The position numbers and the translations under genes are program-made. From a virus, in IMG/VR virus record IMGVR_UViG_3300007988_000043: a DNA stretch of 34,753 nucleotides. The stretch is one strand, 5' to 3'. A model generated the notes under the pieces. The model was not told the DNA's origin, did not search any database, and worked only from the letters and a program-made list of their open reading frames with translations. This document shows, piece after piece, positions 7,362 through 17,815 of this stretch. Within the stretch, counting starts at the first letter, position 1, and each line of letters starts with the position of its first letter.

Positions 7362-7976
7362 TTAGTTGATGATTTCATATCCCACATCCGAGACGTCCGT
7401 TGCCTGTAGAGCTGTTGCATCTGCCGGCTGTACGGAGTTAACCACAAAGCTAGTATCGGCTACTACTGTGCCCACTACAAGGTTACCAGTTGCGGCCGCC
7501 CCAGTCGCGCCGATCGATTCGCGAGTTAAGATAATGATTGAATTGGCAGTGACAGCAGTTGTACTTACTGTGCAAGTTCCAGCGACCAAGGTACATGTAC
7601 CTACAGAGGCATCGGCACCAGTTGGAATCTCAAGTTTATTACCAGCAGTCCCAAGAACTAAATTACCGTTTGTTGCGGTGATATTACCCAGAGTTGCAGT
7701 GAGCGTGCCAGTTGAAGTTACGCCGTTTGCTAAAATTGTATTAACATCAAGTAAGCCTGTTGCAGTTATGTTCTGAATTCCCGTCATATTTCCCGAGCTA
7801 TCAACCTTCACGGGTGATGCAATCATTGCGCCCGTATTTGAGCTATTTTGAGGCACCATCACAGATTGAGCAGCGGTACTTCCGTTCAAGTACATATAGT
7901 TCCCTGCAAACGCCAAAGATGGCATTAAAACCAGTCCAGCTAGCATTTTTTTCCACATATTTTTGTTGATTTTCAC
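7362..7976 (-). CDS. secreted Thr/Gly/Ala-rich protein with a Sec signal peptide
   Basis: GTG 7976 with AAGGAG 7 nt upstream. MKINKNMWKKMLAGLVLMPSLAFA-GNY has a basic n-region, hydrophobic core and AxA cleavage site. Confidence 0.65.
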   Translation of the reverse strand: MKINKNMWKKMLAGLVLMPSLAFAGNYMYLNGSTAAQSVMVPQNSSNTGAMIASPVKVDSSGNMTGIQNITATGLLDVNTILANGVTSTGTLTATLGNITATNGNLVLGTAGNKLEIPTGADASVGTCTLVAGTCTVSTTAVTANSIIILTRESIGATGAAATGNLVVGTVVADTSFVVNSVQPADATALQATDVSDVGYEIIN

Positions 7977-8001
7977 GATTTCACTCCTTTTTTGTTTAAA
8001 A

Positions 8002-8793
8002 TTAACTTCCAACACTCACTCTGCGCCAAACTGCCGCCACAGCATCCCACTGAAGGGTCAAAGTTTGACCTGGGCTAATGGGGGCCCCTGCAACTGGAGG
8101 GCCGGCGCTACTAAGAAGAGTAAGTGAAGTTGAACTGCCGATATTGCAAATTCTTATTTCCCGGTCTGCTACCTCAAGCGTTGCTTCGAGCGTGACATTA
8201 ATGGGGGTAGCGCCACTGTCAATACGAACGCATGGCACAGCGGTATATGTTGTAGGAGTTGGGGTTGTAGACACTGTAATCAAAGTGCTTGAGATTGAAA
8301 CTGCATCTGTCGTAGTTATATTCTGACTTTTTAGTCCCGTGAATTTATTAAACTCAAAAAGTCTAGCTACAGGATTATAATCAAAAATTACATTAGTTGT
8401 TAAATCAAACGCACTACCCGGGGCTTCTACCGCTACCCAATGCTTATCAGCGGTTCTTAAACTTAAAGTATAAAGACTTCCTGAGCCGGCACCAGTTGGT
8501 GCATTGGGTATATTCCACAAAAAAATAGGACTTCCAGCAGAATCATTAACTGCAACAGCTCCTAAATATGCATGTGAATTAACATCAGTTCCAATATTGT
8601 TTACAACACAACTTACTGGAGTTGGAGAGGTGGCGGAAATTTGAAATGTTCTAGTTGCTATAGCCAAACTGTTATTTGTAGAGTGGCCCGATATATTTGC
8701 TACATTATCTATATCATTATTATCAATATCAACATCTTGAGTAGCTGGATATTGACTCCAGTCTTCTGAACTTGCTGGTGCTCTTACTGGCAT
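8002..8793 (-). CDS. tail-fibre / receptor-binding module protein
   Basis: Position after two fibre genes, with a Thr/Ser/Asn-rich beta-type composition. No motif recognised. Confidence 0.45.
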   Translation of the reverse strand: MPVRAPASSEDWSQYPATQDVDIDNNDIDNVANISGHSTNNSLAIATRTFQISATSPTPVSCVVNNIGTDVNSHAYLGAVAVNDSAGSPIFLWNIPNAPTGAGSGSLYTLSLRTADKHWVAVEAPGSAFDLTTNVIFDYNPVARLFEFNKFTGLKSQNITTTDAVSISSTLITVSTTPTPTTYTAVPCVRIDSGATPINVTLEATLEVADREIRICNIGSSTSLTLLSSAGPPVAGAPISPGQTLTLQWDAVAAVWRRVSVGS

Positions 8794-8795
8794 AA

Positions 8796-9788
8796 TCAGC
8801 CCTCCTGCTTAACGATTCCAGCGGTCATCAATCCTGCTGGTCTCACTAAAAAGTAAATTGTTAATGGGCCCGTCCCTGAATTGATGAACACACGCGATGC
8901 ATCAAAAGGCTCATTAGATAAAAAAGTATTATCTGATTCAGTTGATCCAGTTATATAAGCATCATCAAAAATTGCCTCTACGTCAAAATACTTAGATTTT
9001 GCAAGATGTTGAACTTTATAATTGACGGTTGTACCGCCTGGTACAATTCCGACCATTTCCACTTTAAAGCCGTCAGTCTGCTTAGAGTGATAACACCATG
9101 GGCTATACGTGGCAGCTGCATTTCCAACTTCTAAAGTTCCTGCGCCTGCATTTGCTTGAGAAATCCAGTAAATACGTCTAAATGGTAACTCTAAATTATC
9201 TGTCGTAGCATTTGGGCCATTAATTTCCTGCTCTGTTTCAGCTCCATTTAAGTCAACGCCGTTAACTGTGTAGGTATTAAGCGATTCATCTCCACCGGCA
9301 TTAAAACTTTCAAAAGCCGGATTGGCGATTAAAATTTCTGTAGCGCTGGCGAGAGCCGCTGAAACAATGTCCATTGGTGTATCTGCCGTGGGAGCAGCCG
9401 CAGCTGCGATGGCATCATCATCACCCGCAATACCAATCTGTACGGTGCTTGCGCTCGTAGCGTCCGGGGTAACTGAGGTAACGCGCCAGTATTGCGCTGT
9501 AGTAGTCACTGTGTTTGCGTTTGGGCCGGCTAGAGTTTCGGTAACCACGTTGCCATCAAAATCAACCCCAACAATGGTAAAGTTGATGGCTGATAAGTTA
9601 GCGCCAGACGTTAAGGTAACCTCTTCAACCGTTGGGAGCTGTGCAACAGTCAAATCTGCCAAGGCCCCGTTTAAAGGGATATAACCAGCGGGATAAGTGG
9701 CAGATGCAACGATGCTATCCGCGTCCGCGGCATCTAGACTTATTTTTATGTCTTGTTGCCAGACATTGTTTTTTAAATTATACGCCAT
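8796..9788 (-). CDS. tail-fibre associated protein carrying two copies of the LAGPNANTVT-type domain
   Basis: Residues about 55-125 and 168-222 resemble each other and the insert in the 725-aa fibre. Confidence 0.5.
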   Translation of the reverse strand: MAYNLKNNVWQQDIKISLDAADADSIVASATYPAGYIPLNGALADLTVAQLPTVEEVTLTSGANLSAINFTIVGVDFDGNVVTETLAGPNANTVTTTAQYWRVTSVTPDATSASTVQIGIAGDDDAIAAAAAPTADTPMDIVSAALASATEILIANPAFESFNAGGDESLNTYTVNGVDLNGAETEQEINGPNATTDNLELPFRRIYWISQANAGAGTLEVGNAAATYSPWCYHSKQTDGFKVEMVGIVPGGTTVNYKVQHLAKSKYFDVEAIFDDAYITGSTESDNTFLSNEPFDASRVFINSGTGPLTIYFLVRPAGLMTAGIVKQEG

Positions 9789-9798
9789 GCTCGTGCTC

Positions 9799-11976
9799 CT
9801 AATAGTAGATAATTTTGTTTACGTAAACGTTGTTTGGGTTTGATTGGTTGCCGCCGTCTTCAGATGTCTCCAAAGGTGTGTCGTAATTTCCGCCCGCCGT
9901 TTGATCTCCTCCTGATTGTCCTGAGCCTGGCTCTAGATAATAATCATGATTATGTCTTAAATTCTGATTCTGTTGTTGCGATCCGACATTGTCAGCAGTG
10001 GCGCCCCCGGTATACATAGCATAGCGTGTTGCATAATCAGGATCGCGCCCATAAATGCCGTTTATGATTAAAGCTGTAGCGCCAGCAGTCGTTTGGATTA
10101 AACAAACCGCATCGTCATCACCATCAATACCTGCTTCAACACCCGTAGTCGCAACTGCCCCATGTGGGGTTATCGAGGTAATTGCGCTCCAGGTTTTCGT
10201 TGATGTCACTGTATTGGCGTTCGGGCCTGCCAAGTCTTCAGTATCCGGATCGCCATTTTCGTCAAGACCAACAATTGCAAAAGTTATTGCAGAATGGTTG
10301 GCCGTTGAGGTCAAAGTTAATGCTTGCACAGCAGGCAATACCGCTGTAGCTCCAAAGTTAGGCATTCTTGAGATTAGACCTCTTACGTCTGGCACTCTGA
10401 AGTGAGCAATTTTTAATTGACTCTCAACCCGAGCACCCATTTCCGCATTGGTTTCGTCACCCTCAAATACTACTTTGATTATTTTTTTGCCAGTTAACGC
10501 AACACTAGATGTGTCAATAAAAGTTCTGTTTTTAAGGCTAAAAACCACGGCATATTCGGTGCTGGGGGAGTTAATAAAAAAGTAACTGCCATCCGTGATT
10601 GCAGATGCTGCTGGAATAACAATCTCAGCCTCTCCTTTTGTTGAAGAGCTTCCCACGCTGGCTTGAGTATATGTGAAGCCGGAAGTTCCAGCGCCCCCAG
10701 CTACAACCGTTCCATCACTAAAACAGGTTGCCGTCACTGTGGCAGTTGATAAAGATGCGGTAAACCCTTCCGGGCCTGTGCCCCACTCTTCAACCAAATT
10801 AACTTGAGCCAAATTATAAAAATCATGAGAGTAACGTGGATAGCCATTACAAAGCAATGCAGTCGGCGGCGGGGTATTCGTAGGCCACTCTTCCATTTTG
10901 CCTGCCAAAGGCACCCATGTCATGACGCCTGATATCAGTAAAAGCTCATAGTTGCCGTCTGCTGGATTATAATTTGACACAGGCAGGCTAGCTAAAATTG
11001 GAAATTCAGAGCCAATGGCCTCTAGTTTAGATTGCCATGCAGGCTTGTATTGATAAACTGGGGCTTGAGCTCCAAAGTATAATCCCAAATTAGTAAAAGA
11101 AATATTGCAAGCCGCGTTAAAAGGCAACCGATAAATAATCGCTGTATATCCATCGTTATTAGTACCTAGGCTTTTCCCGCTAGCATTGGGAACTTGAAAA
11201 GTAAAGTCATAAGCTTCTTCTTGAGGTGTTAAAGCTTGCGTTCCAATTGGAGTAACAACTTCTGCACTTGGAGTTCCTCCCGTTCCAAAGTTTTGAACAA
11301 ATAGGATGCCAAGTGTATTAGAAGTTGCGCTTACAGCGCTTAAAGCAGCCGTCATTTGTGTATTGGAATAGGCAAAAGGGTCACTTAAATAAACGATATA
11401 GTCTTTTGTAGTTTCTGAAGTTCCTGGGCCTGTACAGGTATAATTAATCTGATATTGAGGGTATGCAGGAATATCTGACTGACCTATTGTTAACTGCTCA
11501 ACTGTTAATGTGTCTGTAGCCGATGTATTGCTCTTTATAAAATCATGTCCTGGCACGATATTTTCTATTGAGGCTGGAACTGGGCTATATTCTAGAATTA
11601 ACGCATCATTGACTTGGCCATTTGGAATTTGGTTGGTTATCTCTTGATCTGGAATAACAGGAGATCCGCTATCTGATGCAGGAAAAGGATCAAATGAGCG
11701 AACCGTCACCCCTAGACTGTTTGTAATAACTACTCGATATGGTTCATCGTCTGTGCCATAGATAGGGTAATTATCGTCTTGGGCTCCAGTAACATCAAAT
11801 TCAATTGGATTTGGCCACGGGGTTGTCAACAAACTATCTTTATAAACGGTTTTTAGTTCTGTCGGATTTTCAGATCTATAAAAATAGATGAAACCCCCAT
11901 CGTTAGGCTCTCCGATCAGATCGTTGACAGTCCAAACAGGGTTATAAAATAAAATAGCTTGAGGGGTGGTTGACAT
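9799..11976 (-). CDS. tail fibre with a phage tail-collar-type C-terminal region
   Basis: HFRVPDVRGLISRMPNFG ... NLRHNHDY fits the tail-collar pattern (PDLRG ... HxH). Size and position follow the ejection proteins. Confidence 0.7.
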   Translation of the reverse strand: MSTTPQAILFYNPVWTVNDLIGEPNDGGFIYFYRSENPTELKTVYKDSLLTTPWPNPIEFDVTGAQDDNYPIYGTDDEPYRVVITNSLGVTVRSFDPFPASDSGSPVIPDQEITNQIPNGQVNDALILEYSPVPASIENIVPGHDFIKSNTSATDTLTVEQLTIGQSDIPAYPQYQINYTCTGPGTSETTKDYIVYLSDPFAYSNTQMTAALSAVSATSNTLGILFVQNFGTGGTPSAEVVTPIGTQALTPQEEAYDFTFQVPNASGKSLGTNNDGYTAIIYRLPFNAACNISFTNLGLYFGAQAPVYQYKPAWQSKLEAIGSEFPILASLPVSNYNPADGNYELLLISGVMTWVPLAGKMEEWPTNTPPPTALLCNGYPRYSHDFYNLAQVNLVEEWGTGPEGFTASLSTATVTATCFSDGTVVAGGAGTSGFTYTQASVGSSSTKGEAEIVIPAASAITDGSYFFINSPSTEYAVVFSLKNRTFIDTSSVALTGKKIIKVVFEGDETNAEMGARVESQLKIAHFRVPDVRGLISRMPNFGATAVLPAVQALTLTSTANHSAITFAIVGLDENGDPDTEDLAGPNANTVTSTKTWSAITSITPHGAVATTGVEAGIDGDDDAVCLIQTTAGATALIINGIYGRDPDYATRYAMYTGGATADNVGSQQQNQNLRHNHDYYLEPGSGQSGGDQTAGGNYDTPLETSEDGGNQSNPNNVYVNKIIYY

Positions 11977-14094
11977 TTAGTTATTCCCGCTGTTTAATAG
12001 ATAATTAATTAATGATGGATTTGAAAGGCTTTTTAATGCTTTGGTTGTTATTTTGGTTCCTACTCCCGATTTTTTGGTTTCATTGGCTTGACTTATAGCC
12101 TGCTTTATCAAGGAATTTCTCTCTTTTGGGTTGGTGTAAGCTTCCAAAATTTTGGGGTTTGACCTCAGTTCATTAAGAGCATTCCTCCCTTTTATATAAG
12201 CTCCCGTTCCAGCCGCCATTGCAGCAGCGGGAGCAAATGAGTGTCCAGCAATTACTCCAGCCCCCAACCCCAAAGCCGTTGGAATAGACATCGCAATTTC
12301 TTGTAAATATTTGGTGTTTTTAGCGCCAGTTTCTGGATTCTTTAATAATGGCCGATATTCTTTTGTTAAATCGTTAAGAATGCTTAATTTCTTGAAAGTT
12401 GCATGATCACTTTCATCTAAAGTATGTTTTAATAAAGGTGCATTGTTCAAGCGTTCGTATGCTTTTGAGATCATGTCAGGCTTGCCAATCATTTCGCCTG
12501 TTCCAAAGTCGCTTTTAATTGCATTCTTAAAACCCAATCCGAGCAGTAGTTTTTTCATGCCGGGGTTCATATGATCAACGGCCTTGAGAATCTCTGGATC
12601 AGTGCTATTCAGCTTTCTAAAAAGGTTGGCTTGTTCATCTGAATTGACAATATCCGAAACGCGCTTATTAGCTTCATAGGGCTTAACTTCATTTTTATAG
12701 TATTCAGACCGTCTTTTCCAAAGTGGCAGTAGATCTGGATGGTCTTTTAATGATGCAGCCATGTCATCATCGAGCGCATAATATATTTTGCCCAGCTCTC
12801 CAATAGCCTCGGGGTCTCTCTTGTCAATCGATGCTCTTTTAAGTTTTCCAACCTGCTCGCCTACATATGACCTTAGATTCTTCAAGTCATCATAATTAGT
12901 TCTATACTTAACAGGAGCGCCAGTTGCAATATCCACACTTATTGGAGACCCTCCCCGACTGATATTCTCAACAAGCTTTTTCAAGCTCGGGTTACTCGAT
13001 AGGAAGTGTACGCCCCCTTTCATCTCTGTTTCTTTTAAGCTGTCGAGGATGTCAGTTGCAGCCTGTCGGCTTATAGCTCTGTTTGTTGTGTCGATCTGCT
13101 TTTTGCTAGCCGCATTCGCCAGTTCATCATCAAGCTTTATAAACTCGTTTTTGTGCATTCCGTAGTTTTCTTTTATATGCTTTAAGAGAGCCTCACTGCC
13201 CGAGGCCTCATCATAACCCTGGCTAAGCTCGTCAGCCATTTTATTGGCTATTTGATTAGTCTTGCTTACAGCTTCTTGCATTCTGGCTGGAACTTGTGAG
13301 CCATATGTATTGAAACCTTTTTTATATTTTTGAGCGCTTTTTACGTCACCAACAAGAGCCCCAAGATCAAAGGGTATTTCTTCACCAACTGCTTTTAACT
13401 TTTGAGCGGCCTGATCTGGTGTGAGCACTCCGCTATACGCATCGGCGGATTCTCTCTCTGTTTTGTTTAACATTCTTTTTGCAGCCATACTCTTTGCCAG
13501 ATCTGCGACACCTTTTCCAGTCATGCTTGCCAACTTTCCGACTCCGGCCATCCCTGCTGGCAACATAGCTCCTACAGCTGCATCCTCAAGCACATTCCCT
13601 TCGGGATTTTTTCCACCATAGCCAACACCATACAAAGCCCCAAGACCACCTCCGGCTAACAATGCGTTTATACCCTTTGCACCCTTCAGCGCAGCCCCTC
13701 CTGGAGCTAAGAGAGCCCCAGGCAGCGACAGCGCTTCAGCCAACATGGGATCAGGTGCTTTAGCTGCTAAAGAATCCACGTCATACTGTCCAAAGCGCTC
13801 CGCAGGCATTCCTGAAACTTTCCCAAGACCCTGACTGAGCCTATTCTGAAGCCCGAGGGCAAATTGATATGAAGGGTCAGCTACTCCGGCGGCTGTATCT
13901 GTGGCAAAATCTTTTAGCCCTCCGCCTATAGTTGAAAGAGCATCTCCCACCGGATTATTCATGAGAGCCTCGGCAGCATTCCAAGCTTTATCTTTGAATG
14001 ACTGTTCTTTTGGAGTCGGAGTTCCTAACAATTCATCTAAACTTGGGCGTTTAGTTGGAGGGCCAAGAAGTTCTGAAAGTGGTATTTGAGCCAT
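11977..14094 (-). CDS. large internal virion / ejection-type protein
   Basis: 705 aa with Gly/Ala-rich hydrophobic patches and long helical parts. It is the last of three consecutive coupled genes between the tail hub and the fibres, as in P22/T7-like podoviruses. The call rests on position only. Confidence 0.45.
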   Translation of the reverse strand: MAQIPLSELLGPPTKRPSLDELLGTPTPKEQSFKDKAWNAAEALMNNPVGDALSTIGGGLKDFATDTAAGVADPSYQFALGLQNRLSQGLGKVSGMPAERFGQYDVDSLAAKAPDPMLAEALSLPGALLAPGGAALKGAKGINALLAGGGLGALYGVGYGGKNPEGNVLEDAAVGAMLPAGMAGVGKLASMTGKGVADLAKSMAAKRMLNKTERESADAYSGVLTPDQAAQKLKAVGEEIPFDLGALVGDVKSAQKYKKGFNTYGSQVPARMQEAVSKTNQIANKMADELSQGYDEASGSEALLKHIKENYGMHKNEFIKLDDELANAASKKQIDTTNRAISRQAATDILDSLKETEMKGGVHFLSSNPSLKKLVENISRGGSPISVDIATGAPVKYRTNYDDLKNLRSYVGEQVGKLKRASIDKRDPEAIGELGKIYYALDDDMAASLKDHPDLLPLWKRRSEYYKNEVKPYEANKRVSDIVNSDEQANLFRKLNSTDPEILKAVDHMNPGMKKLLLGLGFKNAIKSDFGTGEMIGKPDMISKAYERLNNAPLLKHTLDESDHATFKKLSILNDLTKEYRPLLKNPETGAKNTKYLQEIAMSIPTALGLGAGVIAGHSFAPAAAMAAGTGAYIKGRNALNELRSNPKILEAYTNPKERNSLIKQAISQANETKKSGVGTKITTKALKSLSNPSLINYLLNSGNN

Positions 14095-15371
14095 TACTTG
14101 ACTCCTTTTGCTTTCATGGCAGCCACAACTTGTTCAGGGGTAATTCCCGCTTGGCTTGCATAAGCGTCAATGTCAGATTTGCTATAGCCACCGTACCCTT
14201 CTTGCGATTCTACTTGGTCAGTATTATCTTTAGCCCCTTCCTTACTTCCTGTGATGCTAGGAGCTTTGTAGTCTTCGAGCGCACTAACCTCAGCACCCAA
14301 TAGGGTTTGCAGTTCATTAAAACGATCCATTATTATTTTGGGGTTTTGTTGAATTTGATCCCACGTATTTTTGAAGCCTATTATCCCCTGAAGTTGCGCA
14401 TTGATTTCAGGTGTAACGGATGCGCCCCATGTTTTTCTGAGCTGATCTGCTAAAGTTGGTAGAACTGTGGTGGCAAACGTCTTGTATTTGTCATATTCTG
14501 GGGAAGTTGGACGGCCCAGGGCGGCATTTGCCATATCAGCTTTTAAGTTTAGGGCGCCTTGCGGGCCACTATAATACTGCATGATAGGAATATATCGAGG
14601 CATTACGGTTTCAAAGCCCTTGTCAATCATGTCATAGCCAGCAAGCTTATTAAGAATTGCAGATGTAGTTCCTTGCTTTGTCTGCCATTTATCAACAGAA
14701 TCGGCTAAATTGGTATTCCCATATTTCATAGCTATATTGGCAGCTGCCTCTGCTTTAACGGCGGCAGGAGCCCCCATAGTGAGAGTGCTTCCGACTGCCT
14801 GAGAAAGCATTTCAGGAGAAATAACCCCCTTAACGTCTGGATTATTCATCAGGTAATCAATAAAGCTTCCTTTCGCACCGCCCTTTTCATAATAATTGCC
14901 TCTTTGCTCATTTTCGTGGGCTCGCGCTAGCTGCTCTTTGGTTTTTGCTTTGTATTGGTCTTCTTGGGTTTTGTATAGCTCGGGAGCGCTTTGGCCGCTT
15001 CCAGTTTGAACTGTATTGCTTAAATTCGGATCCTGAACAATTGAGCCAGATCTAATAGCTTGAGCTGTTGGATCATTAGGCATGCCAGGTCGATACAAAC
15101 TATTTATTGTTAACGCAGTCTGAAGTGCTTTTTTTTGATTTTCTGATACGTTGGGGTTATTAAGTGCTGTTAATATTTGACCGTATTGACCGCTTCCATA
15201 CTGGGCTTCATTCTGCGCTTTTGTAGCATTTGCTTGACCCTGGAGCAGACTATTTTTAATTTGTTCAGGCATGGCTCTGGTTTTCATAAAGCTTTGAAGT
15301 AAAGCATTTCCCTGGCCGAGCGCTTGGGGCAAAGTGTGTTGTTGAATTAAAGTAGGTACTCCGCCAGCCAT
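14094..15371 (-). CDS. internal virion / ejection-type protein
   Basis: ATG 15371 with AGGA 7 nt upstream (track ORF starts at TTG 15386). TAATG coupling to the next gene. Confidence 0.45.
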   Translation of the reverse strand: MAGGVPTLIQQHTLPQALGQGNALLQSFMKTRAMPEQIKNSLLQGQANATKAQNEAQYGSGQYGQILTALNNPNVSENQKKALQTALTINSLYRPGMPNDPTAQAIRSGSIVQDPNLSNTVQTGSGQSAPELYKTQEDQYKAKTKEQLARAHENEQRGNYYEKGGAKGSFIDYLMNNPDVKGVISPEMLSQAVGSTLTMGAPAAVKAEAAANIAMKYGNTNLADSVDKWQTKQGTTSAILNKLAGYDMIDKGFETVMPRYIPIMQYYSGPQGALNLKADMANAALGRPTSPEYDKYKTFATTVLPTLADQLRKTWGASVTPEINAQLQGIIGFKNTWDQIQQNPKIIMDRFNELQTLLGAEVSALEDYKAPSITGSKEGAKDNTDQVESQEGYGGYSKSDIDAYASQAGITPEQVVAAMKAKGVK

Positions 15372-15372
15372 G

Positions 15373-16032
15373 TTATAATCCTGCAAACCAATTTAAAGCA
15401 TTTTTTCCTGTATTTGTTCCGGCAAACGCATCAAATCCAAGGCCAAGGAGATCATTCATACCACCGCCTTGAGCCATGCTTTGTTGCATTTTAGCTACGC
15501 CCATATTTCCATAGAGATCAGCAATTTTATTCCCTTGATTCATATATGAACTTAAAAGTGCATTGCTAGAATTATATCCCTGACCCATTAAAGCCCCTTG
15601 GGCGGAGCCATACTTATCGCCAATGCCTAGAATATTATTTAAATAGTTCTGTTGATCGCCTTTCACGAGGTCATTCATGTATTTGCCCACGCCCATTTGC
15701 TGAGCAGGAGTTCCAACAGTTCCCCCTGCAGCGGCTGCTTGATTCATAGCTTTTAAGCCGTACTCTTGATTCATTTTTGCAGCTGGCGACATTTCCCAGT
15801 TAGACATTGTCTTGTTGTACCAATCTCCAGGATCGGCATACTGACTATAAAAGTCTTCATAATTGTTGAGGGCGTTTTTGCCAGCTTCGTTATATGGCTC
15901 TAAATAAGCGCGACCCTGATCATAATTGGAGTTTACAGAATCAATGCCCTTTTGAATTTCTCCTTGCATGTCCCCGTAACCGCTTTGAGCACCCCCGCTA
16001 ATCAAGTCTGTAACGCTGTCAAATAGTCCCAT
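15373..16032 (-). CDS. Gly/Gln/Met-rich internal virion-type protein
   Basis: Composition and position; no motif recognised. Confidence 0.4.
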   Translation of the reverse strand: MGLFDSVTDLISGGAQSGYGDMQGEIQKGIDSVNSNYDQGRAYLEPYNEAGKNALNNYEDFYSQYADPGDWYNKTMSNWEMSPAAKMNQEYGLKAMNQAAAAGGTVGTPAQQMGVGKYMNDLVKGDQQNYLNNILGIGDKYGSAQGALMGQGYNSSNALLSSYMNQGNKIADLYGNMGVAKMQQSMAQGGGMNDLLGLGFDAFAGTNTGKNALNWFAGL

Positions 16033-16043
16033 TTTTTAGATTC

Positions 16044-16316
16044 CTAAGAGGTGATAACGTTTTTCCAGCCAGCAGCTTTTAAACATATAATTTCGTCAGT
16101 TTCCCCATTGTAAGTAATGGCCCCCTTCGGACTAGTGGGGAGGCTGGAGAGCTCGGAATTATTAATGGTTGGAGCCAATATAATTTGTGGAGTAAAGTTA
16201 TTTTCAAAAAAATTGAATAGTTGGCGATAAAATTGTAACCAATCTGGGGTTAATCGACCCTCTCTATCGACCATCGGAGAATCAACTGGGGGCCTTAAAT
16301 TAAATTTAGCTGTCAT
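16044..16316 (-). CDS. small tail-associated protein
   Basis: ATG 16316 forms an ATGA overlap with the upstream stop. The track ORF has an N-terminal extension inside the upstream gene. Confidence 0.5.
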   Translation of the reverse strand: MTAKFNLRPPVDSPMVDREGRLTPDWLQFYRQLFNFFENNFTPQIILAPTINNSELSSLPTSPKGAITYNGETDEIICLKAAGWKNVITS

Positions 16317-17815
16317 GGGCTCACCACTGCATATTTCATTGAACCACCCATAATTACGGAATCTACAGCATTCCAACACTTGAACATAAAGACGAAAGAT
16401 TGAGCAATCCCCATTTCATAAAAAATAGTCTGACCGTGAGACTTTCCTATTTTCCCTAGATTTGCTTGGCGTGCTTTTGTCCACGTGGTAGCTCTGTCAA
16501 ATGAAACCTGCATTTCAATAGTGGGGTTTGCATCATTTCCATTTTGCAATCCAACTCCGCGAATAACTAAAAGCTCGATCATCGCCATTCGCAATACCTT
16601 TAAAGCTGGATGGGTAAAGCATTTAGTAATCCTCATCCTTAAAATGTTATTCGCGTCATACTGGTAGTAATCTGAGTCCAAAATGAATAATTGGCCCGAA
16701 CTGTAGCTTAGGGTATAATGATTATTATTGAAGTAAGCTACCGACTGCATTAAATGACGACTTCCATGGTCTTGAAAATCTGTGTCAAAGTCTGATTCAC
16801 CCAATAGAGACCAGCACAAAGATAAATCCTGTGTTTTTTCAAATGTAGTATAGTCAAAAAGGAATGTGATATTGCCACTTGTAAAACTTAATTGATAAAA
16901 AATGTGGCCATCTTTTTTAAAAATCTGACCTGTGGCGTCAGAAGGATCACTGATTTCGCCAATTTGTCGATCTACTTCATAAGTGCTTATTTTAAGTGGA
17001 GGGCCGCCATTTGTAAGGCGAACCCCTCCAACGCCATTAATATCACGAGCAAGCCAAAATAACCTATCAAAGCCCTCAGCCACACTTCCAGGTGCAGCGC
17101 AACCATATTCATAAAGAGCGTTGTTGTCCCTCGAAAAAGGAAATAATGCGCCCCCTGAATTAAACCATGTTTCAGTTGAAGTGGTTCCCATAAATAAAAC
17201 CAGACCTTTTATAACTCCCACCGCTACGCCTGTCCCCGCCTTGCGTGAAATATTCCCAATATTGGCCAGCGGCCACGTTAAAAAGTCATTTATTTCTGAT
17301 AGACCAAATTGCCTAGAATCACCATAAAAACCGATCCCATATCCATCTAGATAGCCAAGCGATATACAACCAGCAGGAAAATTTTCAACAGAGCTAATGT
17401 CAGTCCACACCCCTGTGGTTTCTGTGTAAACCCACCCTCCTACACCATCTACAAATAAAACTTGATTTGCATTGTTTGCAATAATGCTGACATTTCCCGT
17501 CTTAGTGGATAAATTGCCAATAATGGTAAAATTGAGGGAAGAATCGAACCTATATACATGTTGAGAAACTACGCAGTACATGTGCTCTTGGTTCTTATAT
17601 GTGAACTGAGCGCGCCCTTTTGCACCACTTTGAAAGTTAAGGATAGGCCTCATTCCTGGAGTTGGAAGCAACACGGGCACCGCATCTTTGGCACTCCCTA
17701 CGCTTATATACATGTTGTAGGTGATTTCAGGATTAACCTGTGATCTCAAATCTTGGCCAAACCCACCTACAAGTGGAAATGGCACCTCTGGCATTTCTCT
17801 AAGTTGTGCCGACAT
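16313..17815 (-). CDS. tail hub / packaged-DNA stabilisation protein (P22 gp10-like), tentative
   Basis: 500 aa. The N-terminal pattern PLVGGFGQDLRSQVNPEITYNMY ... LLPTPGM recalls the phage stabilisation-protein family. Position follows the adaptor. Confidence 0.45.
   Translation of the reverse strand: MSAQLREMPEVPFPLVGGFGQDLRSQVNPEITYNMYISVGSAKDAVPVLLPTPGMRPILNFQSGAKGRAQFTYKNQEHMYCVVSQHVYRFDSSLNFTIIGNLSTKTGNVSIIANNANQVLFVDGVGGWVYTETTGVWTDISSVENFPAGCISLGYLDGYGIGFYGDSRQFGLSEINDFLTWPLANIGNISRKAGTGVAVGVIKGLVLFMGTTSTETWFNSGGALFPFSRDNNALYEYGCAAPGSVAEGFDRLFWLARDINGVGGVRLTNGGPPLKISTYEVDRQIGEISDPSDATGQIFKKDGHIFYQLSFTSGNITFLFDYTTFEKTQDLSLCWSLLGESDFDTDFQDHGSRHLMQSVAYFNNNHYTLSYSSGQLFILDSDYYQYDANNILRMRITKCFTHPALKVLRMAMIELLVIRGVGLQNGNDANPTIEMQVSFDRATTWTKARQANLGKIGKSHGQTIFYEMGIAQSFVFMFKCWNAVDSVIMGGSMKYAVVSP

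Noticed and set aside
9122-10320. Repeated fibre module considered as a DGR template/variable repeat pair
   Set aside because: No reverse transcriptase is present in the closed genome. By eye the nucleotide copies are only roughly two-thirds identical, with changes at all bases and not adenine-specific.
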